Below, in pieces: positions 1 to 11,710 of a DNA stretch of 64,000 nt. How positions within the stretch are numbered: the stretch's first letter is position 1; every line of letters begins with the position of its first letter. Origin of the DNA: Octopus vulgaris (taxonomy: Eukaryota). A program made the translations under genes and the position numbers. Under the pieces are notes generated by a model. That model was given only the letters and a program-made list of their open reading frames with translations. It made no database searches and was not told the origin of the DNA. The stretch spans positions 71,238,001-71,302,000 of the forward strand of contig OX597832.1 in the NCBI GenBank assembly GCA_951406725.2. The letters are read 5' to 3'.

Positions 1-504
1 CTTGACCGGAACAGGGCCAAAGGTCTCCTCCGAATACATAAATTTCCCCAGAAACCGACAGGACAAAAGGTCTACCCGTCTCCCCGACGCCAAATCACAA
101 AAGTGGGTCATAGCACTCGGTTTCCGAACTGACCTCCATATCAATATTTAAACAAACAATTCACATATTTGGGTTTAATAAAACTACATAAAAAATACAA
201 TCTCACAAATGAATACATTTTAAAGATGGTCTTTCGAACTATAACACACAAGGAAAATGACAGCAGTAGATGGCTTGTCTTGCAAACCAGAAAATAGCGT
301 TGGACATGAGGCAGCTCCGGCAGAGGAATGTTACAAAGGTGAGTACTTTTTTGCACGATGATTTCATCGAAGAGTAAAGAAATAAATGCCTGCCTCTTGA
401 AAAAAAGGAGTATTCCGTGCATCACCAAATCAGTTGTTAGAAGAAACGAAGCCTAATGTGTTTGGGCGTGTGGTTTCCGGCGCGATCAGAGTTTGGCGTA
501 TTGA

Positions 505-507
<3 letters not shown>

Positions 508-576
<69 letters not shown>

Positions 577-620
577 TGTGTCTGTGTCTGTGTCTGTGTG
601 TTCGTGTTTGTGTGTGTGTT
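508..620. repeat. (GT)n microsatellite with (GTGTCT)n variant
   Basis: Seen directly in the sequence. Confidence 0.95.
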
Positions 621-797
621 TTAAGACAAATATTGGAATTTTTGGTACAATTGTTTCAAAACAAGGGAAATGGATTTTATGAACATACAAATTAATGTTC
701 AGTAAATGTATGAATATAAAGAATTCATAGAATAATACAAATGCATACATTATTAGTACCCATGTGTACTTCATAAGACGAAGTCTAAAAAATTATA

Positions 798-887
798 CAC
801 TTAGCACTTGGAATATCGCTTAACATATGGTTCGTAAAATTCACTTAGCACTTGGAATATCGCTTAACATATGGTTCGTAAAATTCA
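798..887. repeat. 44-bp tandem duplication
   Basis: CACTTAGCACTTGGAATATCGCTTAACATATGGTTCGTAAAATT starts at 798 and again at 842. Confidence 0.9.
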
Positions 888-889
888 TA

Positions 890-1025
890 CATGTATGTAT
901 GTATGTATGTATGTATGTATGTATGTATGTATGTATGTATGTATAGATGGATGGATGGATGGATGGATGGATGGATATACATACATACACACATACATAC
1001 ATACATACATACATAAATACATACA
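890..1025. repeat. (GTAT)n/(GGAT)n/(TACA)n compound microsatellite
   Basis: Seen directly in the sequence. Confidence 0.9.
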
Positions 1026-1542
1026 TGGTGGCTGCCCCCTCGTTAATCAATGTTGTTATCGTGCAATGCCTGTGCAAGAAGATATTTTTTGAAAGTGAGG
1101 AAAGGCTGTGCACTGAGTCAATCCCACTCTCTAAGCAACATCAGCCATAATCCGAAAAGAAGAACAAGTCAACATCATCGGTAACCACTGAGCCGCAGGT
1201 TTTATGTCGGAGTTATCCCAGTTACCTGAGTTGCCTTCTCCTAGAAGGATGCCCTGACAAAGGCTAGGAGTCCTTCACTCCCAATGGTTTAACCACGCGA
1301 TCGGATATTCAATCCGATTATTTCTATGTCTCCGCGCATGATACAGCCTAAAGACATTTATTGGATGGCCGTTGACTCTCAAGAGTTCCTCCGCCCTTTG
1401 ATGGGTTTTGTTTTTCATCCCGCAGGGTGACCAATAAACACCCTCCTCACCAAGCGAGCTTGGTGGGGTTGCCGGTTTAGTCGCCGATGACTCGACCATG
1501 CAACAGGTAGTACTGGGTTACATGTTACCAGTAGCACATACA

Positions 1543-1578
<36 letters not shown>

Positions 1579-1679
1579 TATGCACATATATTTTTCTTGC
1601 AGAATTTTCGTTGTTTCTTGCAACCTTCTCAATAGTTGTCGACTCTGTCCATTATCGGAGCTGCGTTCCTTTTGTTTGT

Positions 1680-2220
1680 GTACACAACACGAAAATCTAC
1701 ATACTGATAGCAGACTTAGGGTAATGAATACCGTGTCCCCCTCATGCGAACCCTATGAAACAAGGAAACATGTACACAACTTCTCTGGATGCAATTCTCT
1801 GGATATGACCAGAAAGATAGGATTTGTGTATACATGGGAGGTAGAAGCACTAGCGTAGCTGGGAGGGGTCGGTAGGAGCGGGCCGCCCTGGGCGGTACTT
1901 TTAAAGGGGCGGCTCTTTGGGTCTGTTTTAGGCAATGTGTTATGGCGTCCGGGTGTGGAAAACAGAAGGGCCGCCTCGGGCTGCACACACTCTAGCTATG
2001 CTAGTAGCTAGAAGAAAGTTCGATAACATTATATGGTAAAGACTAGAATAAGATATAGAGAGTTTGTGACAAAGTAAACAGGGTGAACACATGGTATAGG
2101 GGTGACAAATACCAAGGAGTGATGTTTGTAGAGGCCACACCCCATGGGGAACTAGCATATAGATTCAGGAGAGCTCTGAAGGAGACCAAACTTAATAATA
2201 AGATCGTTGAAAAGCCAGGT
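1680..2220 (+). pseudogene. Penelope-like element (PLE) reverse transcriptase thumb/linker remnant, interrupted by a MITE
   Basis: Broken-frame translation gives LRVMNTVSPSC...MQFSGYDQKDRICVYMGGRR|KFDNI...NTWYRGDKYQGVMFVEATPHGELAYRFRRALKETKLNNKIVEKPG. This resembles the PLE pattern MQxSGY...SWY...VLFVPxTPxGEL...KVVExxG. A ~42-bp inverted repeat lies at 1585-1626 / 2217-2258. Confidence 0.6.
1848..2006. mobile_element. hAT-type MITE
   Basis: Terminal inverted repeats (TIRs) CACTAGCGTAGCT...AGCTATGCTAGTA. 8-bp TSD GGTAGAAG (1840-1847) / GCTAGAAG (2007-2014), one mismatch. Confidence 0.7.
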
Positions 2221-2349
2221 TGCGAGAAACAACGAAAATTCTGTAAGAAAAATGTATATATGAATAAACTGAGTGGTAATCGAACGATGAGCTTGCTAGT
2301 TAATAAGGTATAAAGACAAAATGACTCTCCCCAGACACAACAATTTATA

Positions 2350-2666
2350 TATATATATAGAACAGAAAAAAACACAACAAACGGAAACCGTCAAAATACA
2401 ACATGAGGGGAAAAGGACGACAGCACAACAACGGCAAATAGGACAAAACAAGATACGTGGATCATTCGCAGTCACTTGCCTCTTCAGTCAGAGTCTGGAA
2501 TGTCCACATAGTTTCGTCCACTTATCTTCGATACTAAACCGGTGGGCCAGGGACTTAAGCTGAAAGCATTAAGCCTCTGGGCAACGTAAACGAATGTACA
2601 TATACGAAAACAATTAAGTAAACAACAGAAAAGGTTTTTGCGACTATCGTACGAATGCATTGGATC
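2350..2666 (-). mobile_element. Non-autonomous repeat (family A) ending in a T-rich tail at (TA)n; target of the LTR insertion
   Basis: Minus strand reads TCGAAGATA..CGAAAC-N21-GACTGAAGA..CGAATGA, then a T-rich tail into (TA)n. The motif is shared with elements at 11711 and 42565. Confidence 0.45.
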
Positions 2667-3208
2667 TGTAACGGGAATTAGTTGCTTCTTGCACTTTTGG
2701 GGTGCAACTCGGGTGCATTCACAATTTCCATTCCTTTAAATTTCCAGATTCTACCAGTCAAAGTTCACAAACGCAACAGTAAAAATATATACTATTTATT
2801 TTTCTTATAACAGTAAGAAATAAGGTGGTATATTTGGTTCCACTTGGTTCCACTTGGTATGGATGTGGCAAGGCTGAAACTTTAACGCTTGTAAGAATCT
2901 TACAAGTTCAGCAGCAACAGAGCTGGTCAAATATGGCGTCCTTAGAGAGCGGAGAAAATACACGTCTGCTACAATTTGGTGTGGGCAGCCTTCTGGCGAC
3001 TGCTACGTGTCTCTGGACGCTTTTTGGTTAAGGTTCACGCTCCCTCGCCTCCTGTCAGCTAAAATGCCACATCATCATTTCCTTCTTCCGGTCTTCGCGC
3101 ATGCGCGAGAGGGTACTTACCCTCTGCCTTTCCAGAAGGCTCCAACCCCGCACACGCGAACTGAAGATGACGTTGCGCGCGCGCGCACTGTTGGATAGTG
3201 TCACTACA
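2667..3208 (-). repeat. 3' LTR (542 bp)
   Basis: TGTAACGGG...TCACTACA. Matches 7723-8254 apart from about 5 substitutions and a 10-bp internal duplication (CCACTTGGTT). Confidence 0.95.
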
Positions 3209-3220
3209 AAGGCTCCCCCA
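3209..3220 (-). promoter_or_regulatory. Polypurine tract (PPT)
   Basis: Minus strand TGGGGGAGCCTT directly abuts the 3' LTR start TGTAGTGA. Confidence 0.8.
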
Positions 3221-3519
3221 CAAGTGCGTAAGCACGAAACAAAATTCCTTGTAGTGACTTTAAAACTCAAGGTGGATACCAGATAACCAAAATAGCACAC
3301 AATATAACAAATCAAGGCAGAATTTACAATATAGCAAGAAATGCACCAAAAGGAAAAAAGAGAAAAATACTCAAAATGAGCAAAGTTCAATAAGTATTGT
3401 AACTGTCACAATTGAGAATGTCAAATATAAATAGTTTTGGAAAGTTTTTTTGGCCAGTGAACAGTTCTGCCTGACCTCGTAACATAAGGTCTGTTCGAGG
3501 CAGGCTGCGACGACGAAGG

Positions 3520-3620
3520 TGGTGTTGCCGATGATGGTGTTGATAAAGGTGCATGTGTAAATAGTGGTGTTGTCAAAGGTGCATGTGTGAATGGTGGTGT
3601 TGTCAAAGGTGCATGTGAAG
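3520..3620. repeat. 30-bp tandem repeat (about 3 copies) in the integrase C-terminal tail
   Basis: GGTGGTGTTGTCAAAGGTGCATGTGTRAAT units encode HAPLTTPPFT repeats. Confidence 0.85.
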
Positions 3621-6601
3621 GTTCAACGATGGTTGTGGCAGTAGGGTCATTAAAAGATGTGGACACCTCAAAATATGCCCTTTTAAGACGATCTACGGAG
3701 ACGGTCTCCGAACGACCGTTAATTTCAAGTTTGAATACCTTCGGCGTGCGAGAAATCACACGAAAAGGTCCTTTATAAGGAGAAACAAGAGGTCCTTTGA
3801 CAGAATCATCACGAATAAAAACATGCGTCCAAGAATTAAGGTCTGATGGCACACTAGAAGGAGGATTTTGGTGTCGAGGGTCCATAGGTGGAAGGGCAGA
3901 AAAATATCTGCGTAGTCGAGCAACATAAGACTCTAAATTAAGAGACTGTGACTTGTCTGGCACCAACATCGTACCAGGCAATGCCAGTGTGGTACCATAC
4001 AAGAGCTCGACAGACGAAAAACCAAGGTCTGCTTTAATCGCAGTCCGACGTCCAAGCAGGACGATAGGTAGAAATTCAGTCCACGACTATGGATTCGGCG
4101 AGGCACGCAACGCGGCCTTATGGAAACGCTCCACCATCCCATTAGAAGCGGGGTGGTAACTAGTGGTGCGTATATGATGCATCCCCAGGATTCGTGATAA
4201 CTCACGAAACAAGGCAGACTCGAATTGTCGACCACGATCTGTGGTTAAACTGGACGGTACACCATACCTAGAAATCCAATTAGACACGAAAGCTTTCGCG
4301 ACAGTTTCAGCAGAAATGTCTGCTATAGGAATAGCTTCCGGCCAGCGTGAAAAGCGATCAATACAAGTTAAAATGTATGAGAACCCGCGACTCACAGGCC
4401 ATGGTCCAACCAAATCAAGGTGGACATGGCGAAAACGGGCTTCAGGAGAAGAAAACTGTCCAAGTGGAGCACGAACGTGTCTATGGACTTTAGCACTCTG
4501 GCACCTCAAACAAGAGCGTACCCAAGAGGTAATTGATCGTCGCATATTGGGCCAGAAGAACCGAGCAGTAACAAGCTTTACTGTGGCAGAGATACCTGGA
4601 TGTGACAGTGAATGAAGAGCATCAAACACAGAACGTTGATGTTTCTCAGGTACTAATGGTCTAGGTGAACCGGTAGAGACGTCACAAAGAATAGAGCCTT
4701 CTGCCTACCTGAAGGGAGCGGAAGGTAGGCAAACTTACAGTTAATAAACTTAGGCGAAGTTAAATCCAACTCCTCTAAAGGTGGTTGATCCTGCGAAATA
4801 GCAGTTAAGTCAATTGCTGCAGGAGAGGAAATGGAATTGACAGGGAGTCTAGAAAGAGCATCTGCAGGGACGTTCTCCCTCCCTGGCACATGCCTAATAT
4901 CACTTGTAAATTGAGAAATATAGTCCAGGTGACGGAAAGCACGAGGAGAGAGTTTATCCGTTTTAGAAGATAGTGCAAAGGTAAGGGGCTTGTGATCAGT
5001 ATAAATCACAAACTCTCGTCCCTCGAGCTGGTGCTGAATATGCCGAACTGACAGATAGATCGCTAGTAACTCTCGATCAAAGGTACTATATCTGCGTTCA
5101 GCTGGCTTTAGCTGGCAAGAAAAGAATGCCAAAGGTTTAACTTCACCCTCTACGGTGTGCTGCAAAACAGCGCCAACTGCAGACTCTGATGCGTCCACAG
5201 ATAAAGTAAGTGGAGCATCAGGAGCCGGATGTGCTAAAACAGGGACTGAAGCTAGTTCCTTTTTAACTAACTCAAAGGCAGACAGTGCTTCAGCCGAAAG
5301 AGTAAGACGGGCGTCCTTTTTAGAATTGCCCTTTAGCATCTGCGTTAAAGGAAACAACTTGTCCGCACACCGATCTATGAAACGTCGATAGAAATTAACT
5401 ATACCCAAAAAATCGCGAAGTTGACGTAAAGAAGAAGGTGGTGCGATGCGCTGAATAGCATCGACTTTAGACGAGAGTGGTTTGATTCCTCTCGAATCAA
5501 TATAATGACCGAGAAAATTAAGAGATGGTTGCCCAAAAACACACTTGTCTGGATTAATGCGAACACCATAGTCGCGAAGACGCTGAAAAAGCTGAGACAA
5601 GTGCAGGAGATGATTCTCATGCGTATCACTTGCGATTAGAATGTCATCGACATACGCGAAAACAAAATCAAGTCCCCGAACAACTTCATCTATAAAACGT
5701 TGGAACGTACTAGTAGCGTTCCTCAAACCAAAACTCATAAACAAAAATTCGAAACAGCCAAAAGGAGTGGTAATTGCCGTTTTAGGAACATCGTCTGGGT
5801 TGACCGGTATTTGATGATAGGCACGTATGAGGTCAACCTTAGAAAAAATGGTACAGCCATGGAGATTTGATGAAAAATCGTTGAGATTCCTAATTGAATA
5901 TCTGTCCGGAATCGTCACTGAATTTAGACGCCGATAATCTCCCACCGGGCGAAAATCTGTATCCCTTTTTCTAACTAAATGAATGGGAGATGCCCATGGA
6001 CTGGTGGAGGGGCGTATCAGACCGAGCTGGAGCATATGCTCAAACTCAGCCCTAGCAGTTTTAAGTCGATCAGGTGCAAGACGCCGTGGACGCGAAAAAA
6101 CAGGCGGTCCAGTTGTTGTTATAAAGTGTTGTGTCGAGTGTAATGGCTTAGCCACTTTAAAGGTAACATCAAATAGCTCTGGAAAAGAGGCGAAAAGAGA
6201 GTGAAAAACGTCTCCTCTGGTCGGCGTGGAGAGTGTAGTCGAACTATCGACTAACCTCCGACGTCTGACATCTACCAATAAATCAAAGTTATCTAGAAAA
6301 TCCGCACCTAAAATAGGATGCGGAATGTCAGCAATGATAAAAACCCATTGAAAGTCTCGACGAAGATTAATATCAAGGCGTAACGAGATCTGACCGAATG
6401 TGGCTATTGGTGACGAGTCAATAGCGTGCAAGGTAACGTTAGATCGTATTGGCCTGTCGGTTGTGAGACGCAAAGGCCAAATGCTGCAACAAGAACCAGT
6501 GTCCACCATGAAGTTTTTCTTCGACACTTGATCCTTGACGAAAAATGCACGATAACTAGAAAATTATGTGGAGGAAGTTGACGTGCTCAAATTCTCCGAA
6601 G

Positions 6602-7329
6602 CTAGTTTAAAGGTTTATACGTGCATGGCTGTATGCACTTATGTGCTTTCTCTCCATAATTGGAGTGATACCAACACAGTCCGGACTTTGACTGTGTGGT
6701 ACGTGACGATGAACGGCTGCGACTCCGCGATCTTGAAAATCGCTTGCCATCGCGACACATCGCGTCCACCCTTTTGGTGAGACTTTCTATTTGTTTAGAA
6801 AGTCCTCAATTGAGACTGAAGAAGTTTGTGAGCAGGCACAAACAGACCGTGACGATGGTTGAACGGCAAATTCAACCATCTTATCAGCCATTGTTGCTAT
6901 CTGGTCCACGGTATTTGATTCTAAAGCGGTTGCCAAAACAGTCTGTATATAGGCGGGCAACCTTGAAAAAAAAATTTTCCGAAGGAGAGGGGCGTCAGCA
7001 GCTTTACCGCTCAACTCTCTTAGTCTACGCAAAAATTCAGAAGGAGTCCTATCTCCCAGTTCTTCATCCGCCATCAACTCATTGAAACGACTTTCCTCGC
7101 TTCGTGTGTTTCTCTTTTCTGCTTCTAATTTAACAGACGCATAAGTGGCGTCTGGGCCAGGGTCTGTGATAAGGTCTCTGGCTGTAGATGCAAGTTGAGG
7201 AGGCATACAACCATACAGGATTTGCAACTGCTGCTCGGGAGAAATACTGTGTGCACAAAATTGTGCCTCTAGCTGTGCAAACCACAGTGTGGCATCACCT
7301 TTAAAAGTAGGTAACGAATTTAGAGACAT
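6602..7329 (-). pseudogene. gag: gag with CHCC knuckle, one frameshift
   Basis: MSLNSLPTF..WFAQLEAQF..ELGDRTPSEFLRRLREL. After a frameshift near 6790 it continues IESLTKRVDAM..SRSRSRS..GLCWYHSNYGEKAHKCIQPCTYKPLN* (C-x2-H-x9-C-x3-C). Confidence 0.88.
6605..6611 (-). promoter_or_regulatory. -1 ribosomal frameshift slippery heptamer T TTA AAC
   Basis: Immediately precedes the gag stop (CCT TTA AAC TAG). The -1 frame is the pol frame (FKLASENL...VSKKNFMVDTGS). Confidence 0.75.
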
Positions 7330-7709
7330 TTTGTAGTTTTTTAAAGTTTTAGATGACTCTGTCAAAGGAAAGTTAAACGACAATGAATCAAAGTTGAATG
7401 GACGCAACAAGGAGAAAAGGAAAAACAAGACCAGCAATTGAACCAATAAAATTTTTTATATGTACAATTTACAAAAAAAATGTGTTTTTGTTTTTGTTTT
7501 TGTACTGTGTGCACAGAGAATAAAAAATTCCTTTCTTTATTATTTTACAAACCTTCGTCGCGTCTTAACCGAAAAATAAAATTTTCTTTTTTTTTTTTCT
7601 TCCGTGCGTGTGTGCTAAGATGAAAATAGCTGAAAACTGTTTGAGGATGATGACTGCGCAGATTGATCGTGGTTCAGACTAGGCAGAAACTGGATTTTGT
7701 TGAGTGTTC

Positions 7710-7721
7710 TCGGGGTCACCA
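7710..7721 (-). promoter_or_regulatory. Primer binding site complementary to the tRNA-Trp 3' end
   Basis: Minus strand TGGTGACCCCGA, 1 nt after the 5' LTR. Eukaryotic tRNA-Trp ends ...TCGGGGTCA-CCA. Confidence 0.85.
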
Positions 7722-7722
7722 C

Positions 7723-8254
7723 TGTTACGGGAATTAGTTGCTTCTTGCACTTTTGGGGTGCAACTCGGGTGCATTCACAATTTCCATTCCTTTAAATTTC
7801 CAGATTCTACCAGTCAAAGAACACAAACGCAACAGTAAAAATATATACTATTTATTTTTCTTATAACAGTAAGAAATAAGGTGGTATATTTGGTTCCACT
7901 TGGTATGGATGTGGCAAGGCTGAAACTTTAACGCTTGTAAGAATCTTACAAGTTCAGCAGCAACAGAGCTGGTCAAATATGGCGTCCTTAGAGAGCGGAG
8001 AAAATACACGTCTGCTACAATTTGGTGTGGGCAGCCTTCTGGCGACTGCTACGTGTCTCTGGACGCTTTTTGGTTAAGGTTCACGCTCCCTCGCCTCCTG
8101 TCAGCTAAAATGCCACATCATCATTTCCTTCTTCCGGTCTTCGCGCATGCGCGAGAGGGTACTTACCCTCTGCCTTTCCAGAAGGCTCCAACCCCGCATA
8201 CGCGAACTGAAGATGACGTTGCGCGCGCGCGCACTGTTGGATAGCGTCACTACA
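7723..8254 (-). repeat. 5' LTR (532 bp)
   Basis: TGTTACGGG...TCACTACA followed by the TSD GATC. Confidence 0.95.
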
Positions 8255-8307
8255 GATCATTGCTGCGTTTTTTGCTGACTGTATAATCTTTGTTTCAGAA
8301 AATAATA

Positions 8308-9344
8308 ATGACAGACCCTCAGCTGACCCAAGAAATGAAGAGGCATGCTGTTATTGTGGTTATAAAGGCTGAGCATAGTGATTTAGAAATATCTCGAGTT
8401 TTAAAAGTCGCCAGATCTTTTGTCTACAAAGTTTGTAAGGAGCTAGAGACTGAAGATGGAAATGCATCACCAGTATCAAAACATAAAAAGCATTCTAAAC
8501 GCTCTGGAATCCTCAGATCACCTGAACTTATCCAGCAAATTCAACAGACTATTGATTACAATCCCAGAAAGTACATCAGGTCAACTGCAAAAGATCTCCA
8601 TGTGTCAGAAGGAACAGTCAGAAATGTTGTCCAAGAAGACATCAGATATAAATCTTATATGATGAGGGAAGGTCAGTTTGTCAGAAAAAGCAAAAGAAAA
8701 TCACTACATCAGATCTAAAAGGTTCTTAAACAAACTGAAAAATTCAGCAGAAGATTTGATTTAGTTTTTCTCAAGATCAAAAATTTAGTTTTTCTCAATA
8801 TCAAAAAGTTAACAGAATGGCAGATGGTTATGTGCAGACCCTTCTGAAGTTCAAAGTGTTTTATGCATACAAAAATTTCCTGCAACTGTCATGGTTTTAG
8901 GGGTTGTCAGCAACGAATGACATGTAATACTTCCTTACTTCTTTCCACAAGGCCCTAGAGTTAACTCTGCCGCCTACATTGAGGTCCTGGAAATAATTGT
9001 TATGCCCTGGATAGACAGTGTATGCAATGGAAGGCTATATGTGTTTCAGTAAGCCTCTGAACTGTCACACATGGCTCCAGTAACACAGAAATGGATGGCT
9101 GAAAATTTTTAGATGATCCCATAACCTCTAACATTTCGCTTCCTAATTCCTCAGATCTCAATCTATGTGGAGCGTTGTTGAGAGAGAAGTCAATGAACGC
9201 CCCATAACACCAAAGATACTTTGAAAGCTGCCATAGTCAGAGTAATGTTCAAAATGAACCAGGACCAGTTTGATTCGAGCATGTACATGATTTAGATCTC
9301 ATAAAGAAGCAGTAATTGAAGCTGAAGGTGGCTTTATTGAATAA
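8308..9344 (+). pseudogene. Tc1/mariner-superfamily transposase pseudogene (probably maT/DD37D type)
   Basis: MTDPQLTQEMKRHAV..HTH region, then broken frames reading KFPATVMVLGVVSN, YVFQ, PNSSDLN, VWSVVERE and EAEGGFIE*. The third catalytic D region is deleted, so the subfamily is inferred. Confidence 0.8.
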
Positions 9345-9436
9345 CATTATAGAAAAGAAGGTTTATTTTTATCTTCATAGCATTTTTTTGATAAATCAAG
9401 TTATTATCTGTTATTATATATCTGTTTTTTTTATAA

Positions 9437-9708
<272 letters not shown>

Positions 9709-9719
9709 ATATATATATA

Positions 9720-10140
9720 TATATAACTGAGAATGTGTGTCTGTCTGTGTGAATCCCTAAACTTGAGAACTACACAACCAATTTCATTCAAATTTTACAC
9801 ATGCCTTACTTAGGGTCCATGTAGTGTCATGGGCAAAAAATTTTCTAAATTCTTTCCTAGGGCAAGCCCACAGCAATATCATATCTTCTCCACTATTTCA
9901 GTATTACGTGTTAAAAGTAAAACAAAAACATCTCTCTATTGTAATGTCAGATACTTTCACTTTAATACTGAAACTATTAAAGTCAAACTATTATATAAGA
10001 GGGATGAACCATTAGCAGTGGGCATCCATTTTGCTAGAAGATCCGCTATGGTCTTATATACTACACCACTGGGTTTCAATTCATATTAATCAAATTAATA
10101 TTCGATTTCTCACTCTTATTATTTAAAATTTAAATTTAAA
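9720..10140 (+). mobile_element. Non-autonomous Helitron 5' portion
   Basis: The 5' sequence (TA)n-AACTGAGAATGTGTGTCTGTCTG..ACCAATTTCATTCAAATTTTACACATGCC recurs at 42300-42390 (-) and 49620-49718 (+). Downstream parts recur at 47810-48075 (-). Confidence 0.7.
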
Positions 10141-10289
10141 ACCAGGACCATGTGTTTTGGAACGAAGTTTGTTACCACATAGCCACACCTGCACCTATGT
10201 GTGCGTGTGTGTGTGTGTGTGTGTATAGTTGTATATGTATACATTTATTTCTATACTTATAGATGTATATGTATACATGTATATGTGTA

Positions 10290-10323
<34 letters not shown>

Positions 10324-10407
10324 TGTACATGTAATATGTACACATATATACATGCATACATATATACACCCATACACACATACAGACACACACACACACA
10401 CACATAC

Positions 10408-10780
10408 ATAGGTGCAGGTGTGGCTGTGTGGTAACAAACTTCATTCCAAATCACATGGTCCTGGGTTCAGTCCCACTGTGTGGTGACTTGGCATATGTTT
10501 TCTGCTTTACCCTCAGACCAACCAAAGCCTTGTCAGTGGATTTTGTAGACAGAAACTGAAAGAAATCAATCGTATATATGTATGTATATATGTAAGTCTG
10601 TGTGTGTGTATTTGTGTTTCTCCCTCATCACTGCTTCACAACTGGTGTTCGTTTATTTACTTCCCCATAACTTACTGGTTTCACAAGAAGAAACTGATAC
10701 AATAAGTAAGGGGCTTATCAAAATTAAAAAAAACACTCGGCAGTATCTCATATTTTTGTTTGCCCACATAATTTATCTTT
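10408..10780 (+). mobile_element. tRNA-derived SINE family 1, near full length
   Basis: GGTGCAGGTGTGGCTGTGTGGTAAC (A box)..GGGTTCAGTCCC (B box)..tail. A diverged second tail copy lies at 11357-11600. Confidence 0.75.
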
Positions 10781-10811
10781 GTGTGTGTGTGTGTGTGTGT
10801 GTATACATACA

Positions 10812-10843
<32 letters not shown>

Positions 10844-11355
10844 CTAGCAGTATCGCCCGGCGTTGCTCGGGTTTGTAAGGGAAATAACTATATAAGCATT
10901 TTTAGAGAGTTACTTCCCTTATAGATGCCAATTCGGGCTTTCTTAGCCATTTCTGTTTTGGTGTCTTCAAGCCATGAAGTCGTTGTTCTAAAAGAACGCT
11001 GGTCTCCTTGACAACGCTTTACGATGTTGATTTCCTAGACTCCCTTCCCCACAGCTTCACGAGGGAAGGAAGAAGGAGGAGAAGCAAACAGGTGCAGATG
11101 TGAGCGTGGACGCCAACTCCGCCGCCATCGACACACGAAAAATTATGCATTAAAATGGAATAAAAAATGATGTTAAATTATTTTTAAAATCGTAGACTCA
11201 TCGTAGACGCGCGCTAATACCCAGACGGGCTCGATATGAATCACGACTATAAGATACCCGAATTTGGTTAAACTGCACCGCAAAATGTGGGAGTAGTTAG
11301 GAATCTAAATCGAAGGGGACAGACACTCACACAACTACAGTTTTATATATATAGA
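10844..11355 (-). mobile_element. Complete non-autonomous Helitron (second copy about 15075-15587)
   Basis: Minus strand starts TC (TCTATATATATAAAACTGTAG) and ends CCCGAGCAACGCCGGG hairpin..CTAG. Inserted between A and T with no TSD. Confidence 0.85.
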
Positions 11356-11710
11356 TATGGATTGATTTCGTAGACAGAAACTTAAAGAAATCAATCGTAT
11401 ATATATATATGTATATATCTAAGTGTATGTGTGTGACTTTGTTTCTGTGTTTCACCCTCATCACTGCTTCACAACTGCTGTTCGTTTATTTACACCCCCA
11501 TAACTTACTGGTTTCACAAGAAGAAACTATTAGAATAAGTACCAGGCTTATCAACATAAAAAAAGCACTACGCTGTGTCTCATATCTTTGTTTGCCCACT
11601 CAGTTGTATCTATCAATTTATCCTTGTGTGTGTGTGTGTGTGTGTGCGTGCGCGCGCGCGCGCGTGTGTATATATATATATAATACACACACACACACAC
11701 ACATATATAT

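Larger units (their letters stand above)
3421..6611 (-). pseudogene. pol: pol polyprotein (protease, reverse transcriptase, RNase H, integrase), disrupted
   Basis: ORF 4653-6527: VDTGS protease; MSFGLRNA and YVDD RT motifs; DAS..ELLAI..TDHKPL RNase H. ORF 4087-4629: HSLSHPG..CLRC zinc finger and D-D-E (HLDLVG, TTDRG, MVERFH). ORF 3421-4002: YKGPFRV GPY/F motif. Lesions: TAA 6564-6566, frameshift near 4700, in-frame TAG 4087-4089. Confidence 0.92.
2667..8254 (-). mobile_element. Full-length Ty3/Gypsy LTR retrotransposon, CsRn1 clade
   Basis: Two TG...CA LTRs, 4-bp TSD GATC (2663-2666 and 8255-8258), PBS, polypurine tract, gag, then PR-RT-RH-IN order. The CHCC gag motif, tRNA-Trp PBS and 4-bp TSD are known CsRn1 hallmarks. 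Confidence 0.95.

Noticed and set aside
430-1150. ORFs rich in VC/HT/YI/MYVC repeats here and throughout the window (for example 9316-10454, 23197-23679, 36615-37015, 60563-60931)
   Set aside because: They are translations of di- and tetranucleotide microsatellites that happen to lack stop codons, not genes.
1026-1535. Possible LINE 5' UTR fragment sharing a 20-bp motif with 29921-29940
   Set aside because: The similarity is too short to assign a family or boundaries.
3007-3198. Identical 63-aa ORF in both LTRs (also 8053-8244)
   Set aside because: The identity only reflects LTR duplication; the start is non-ATG and there is no recognisable domain.
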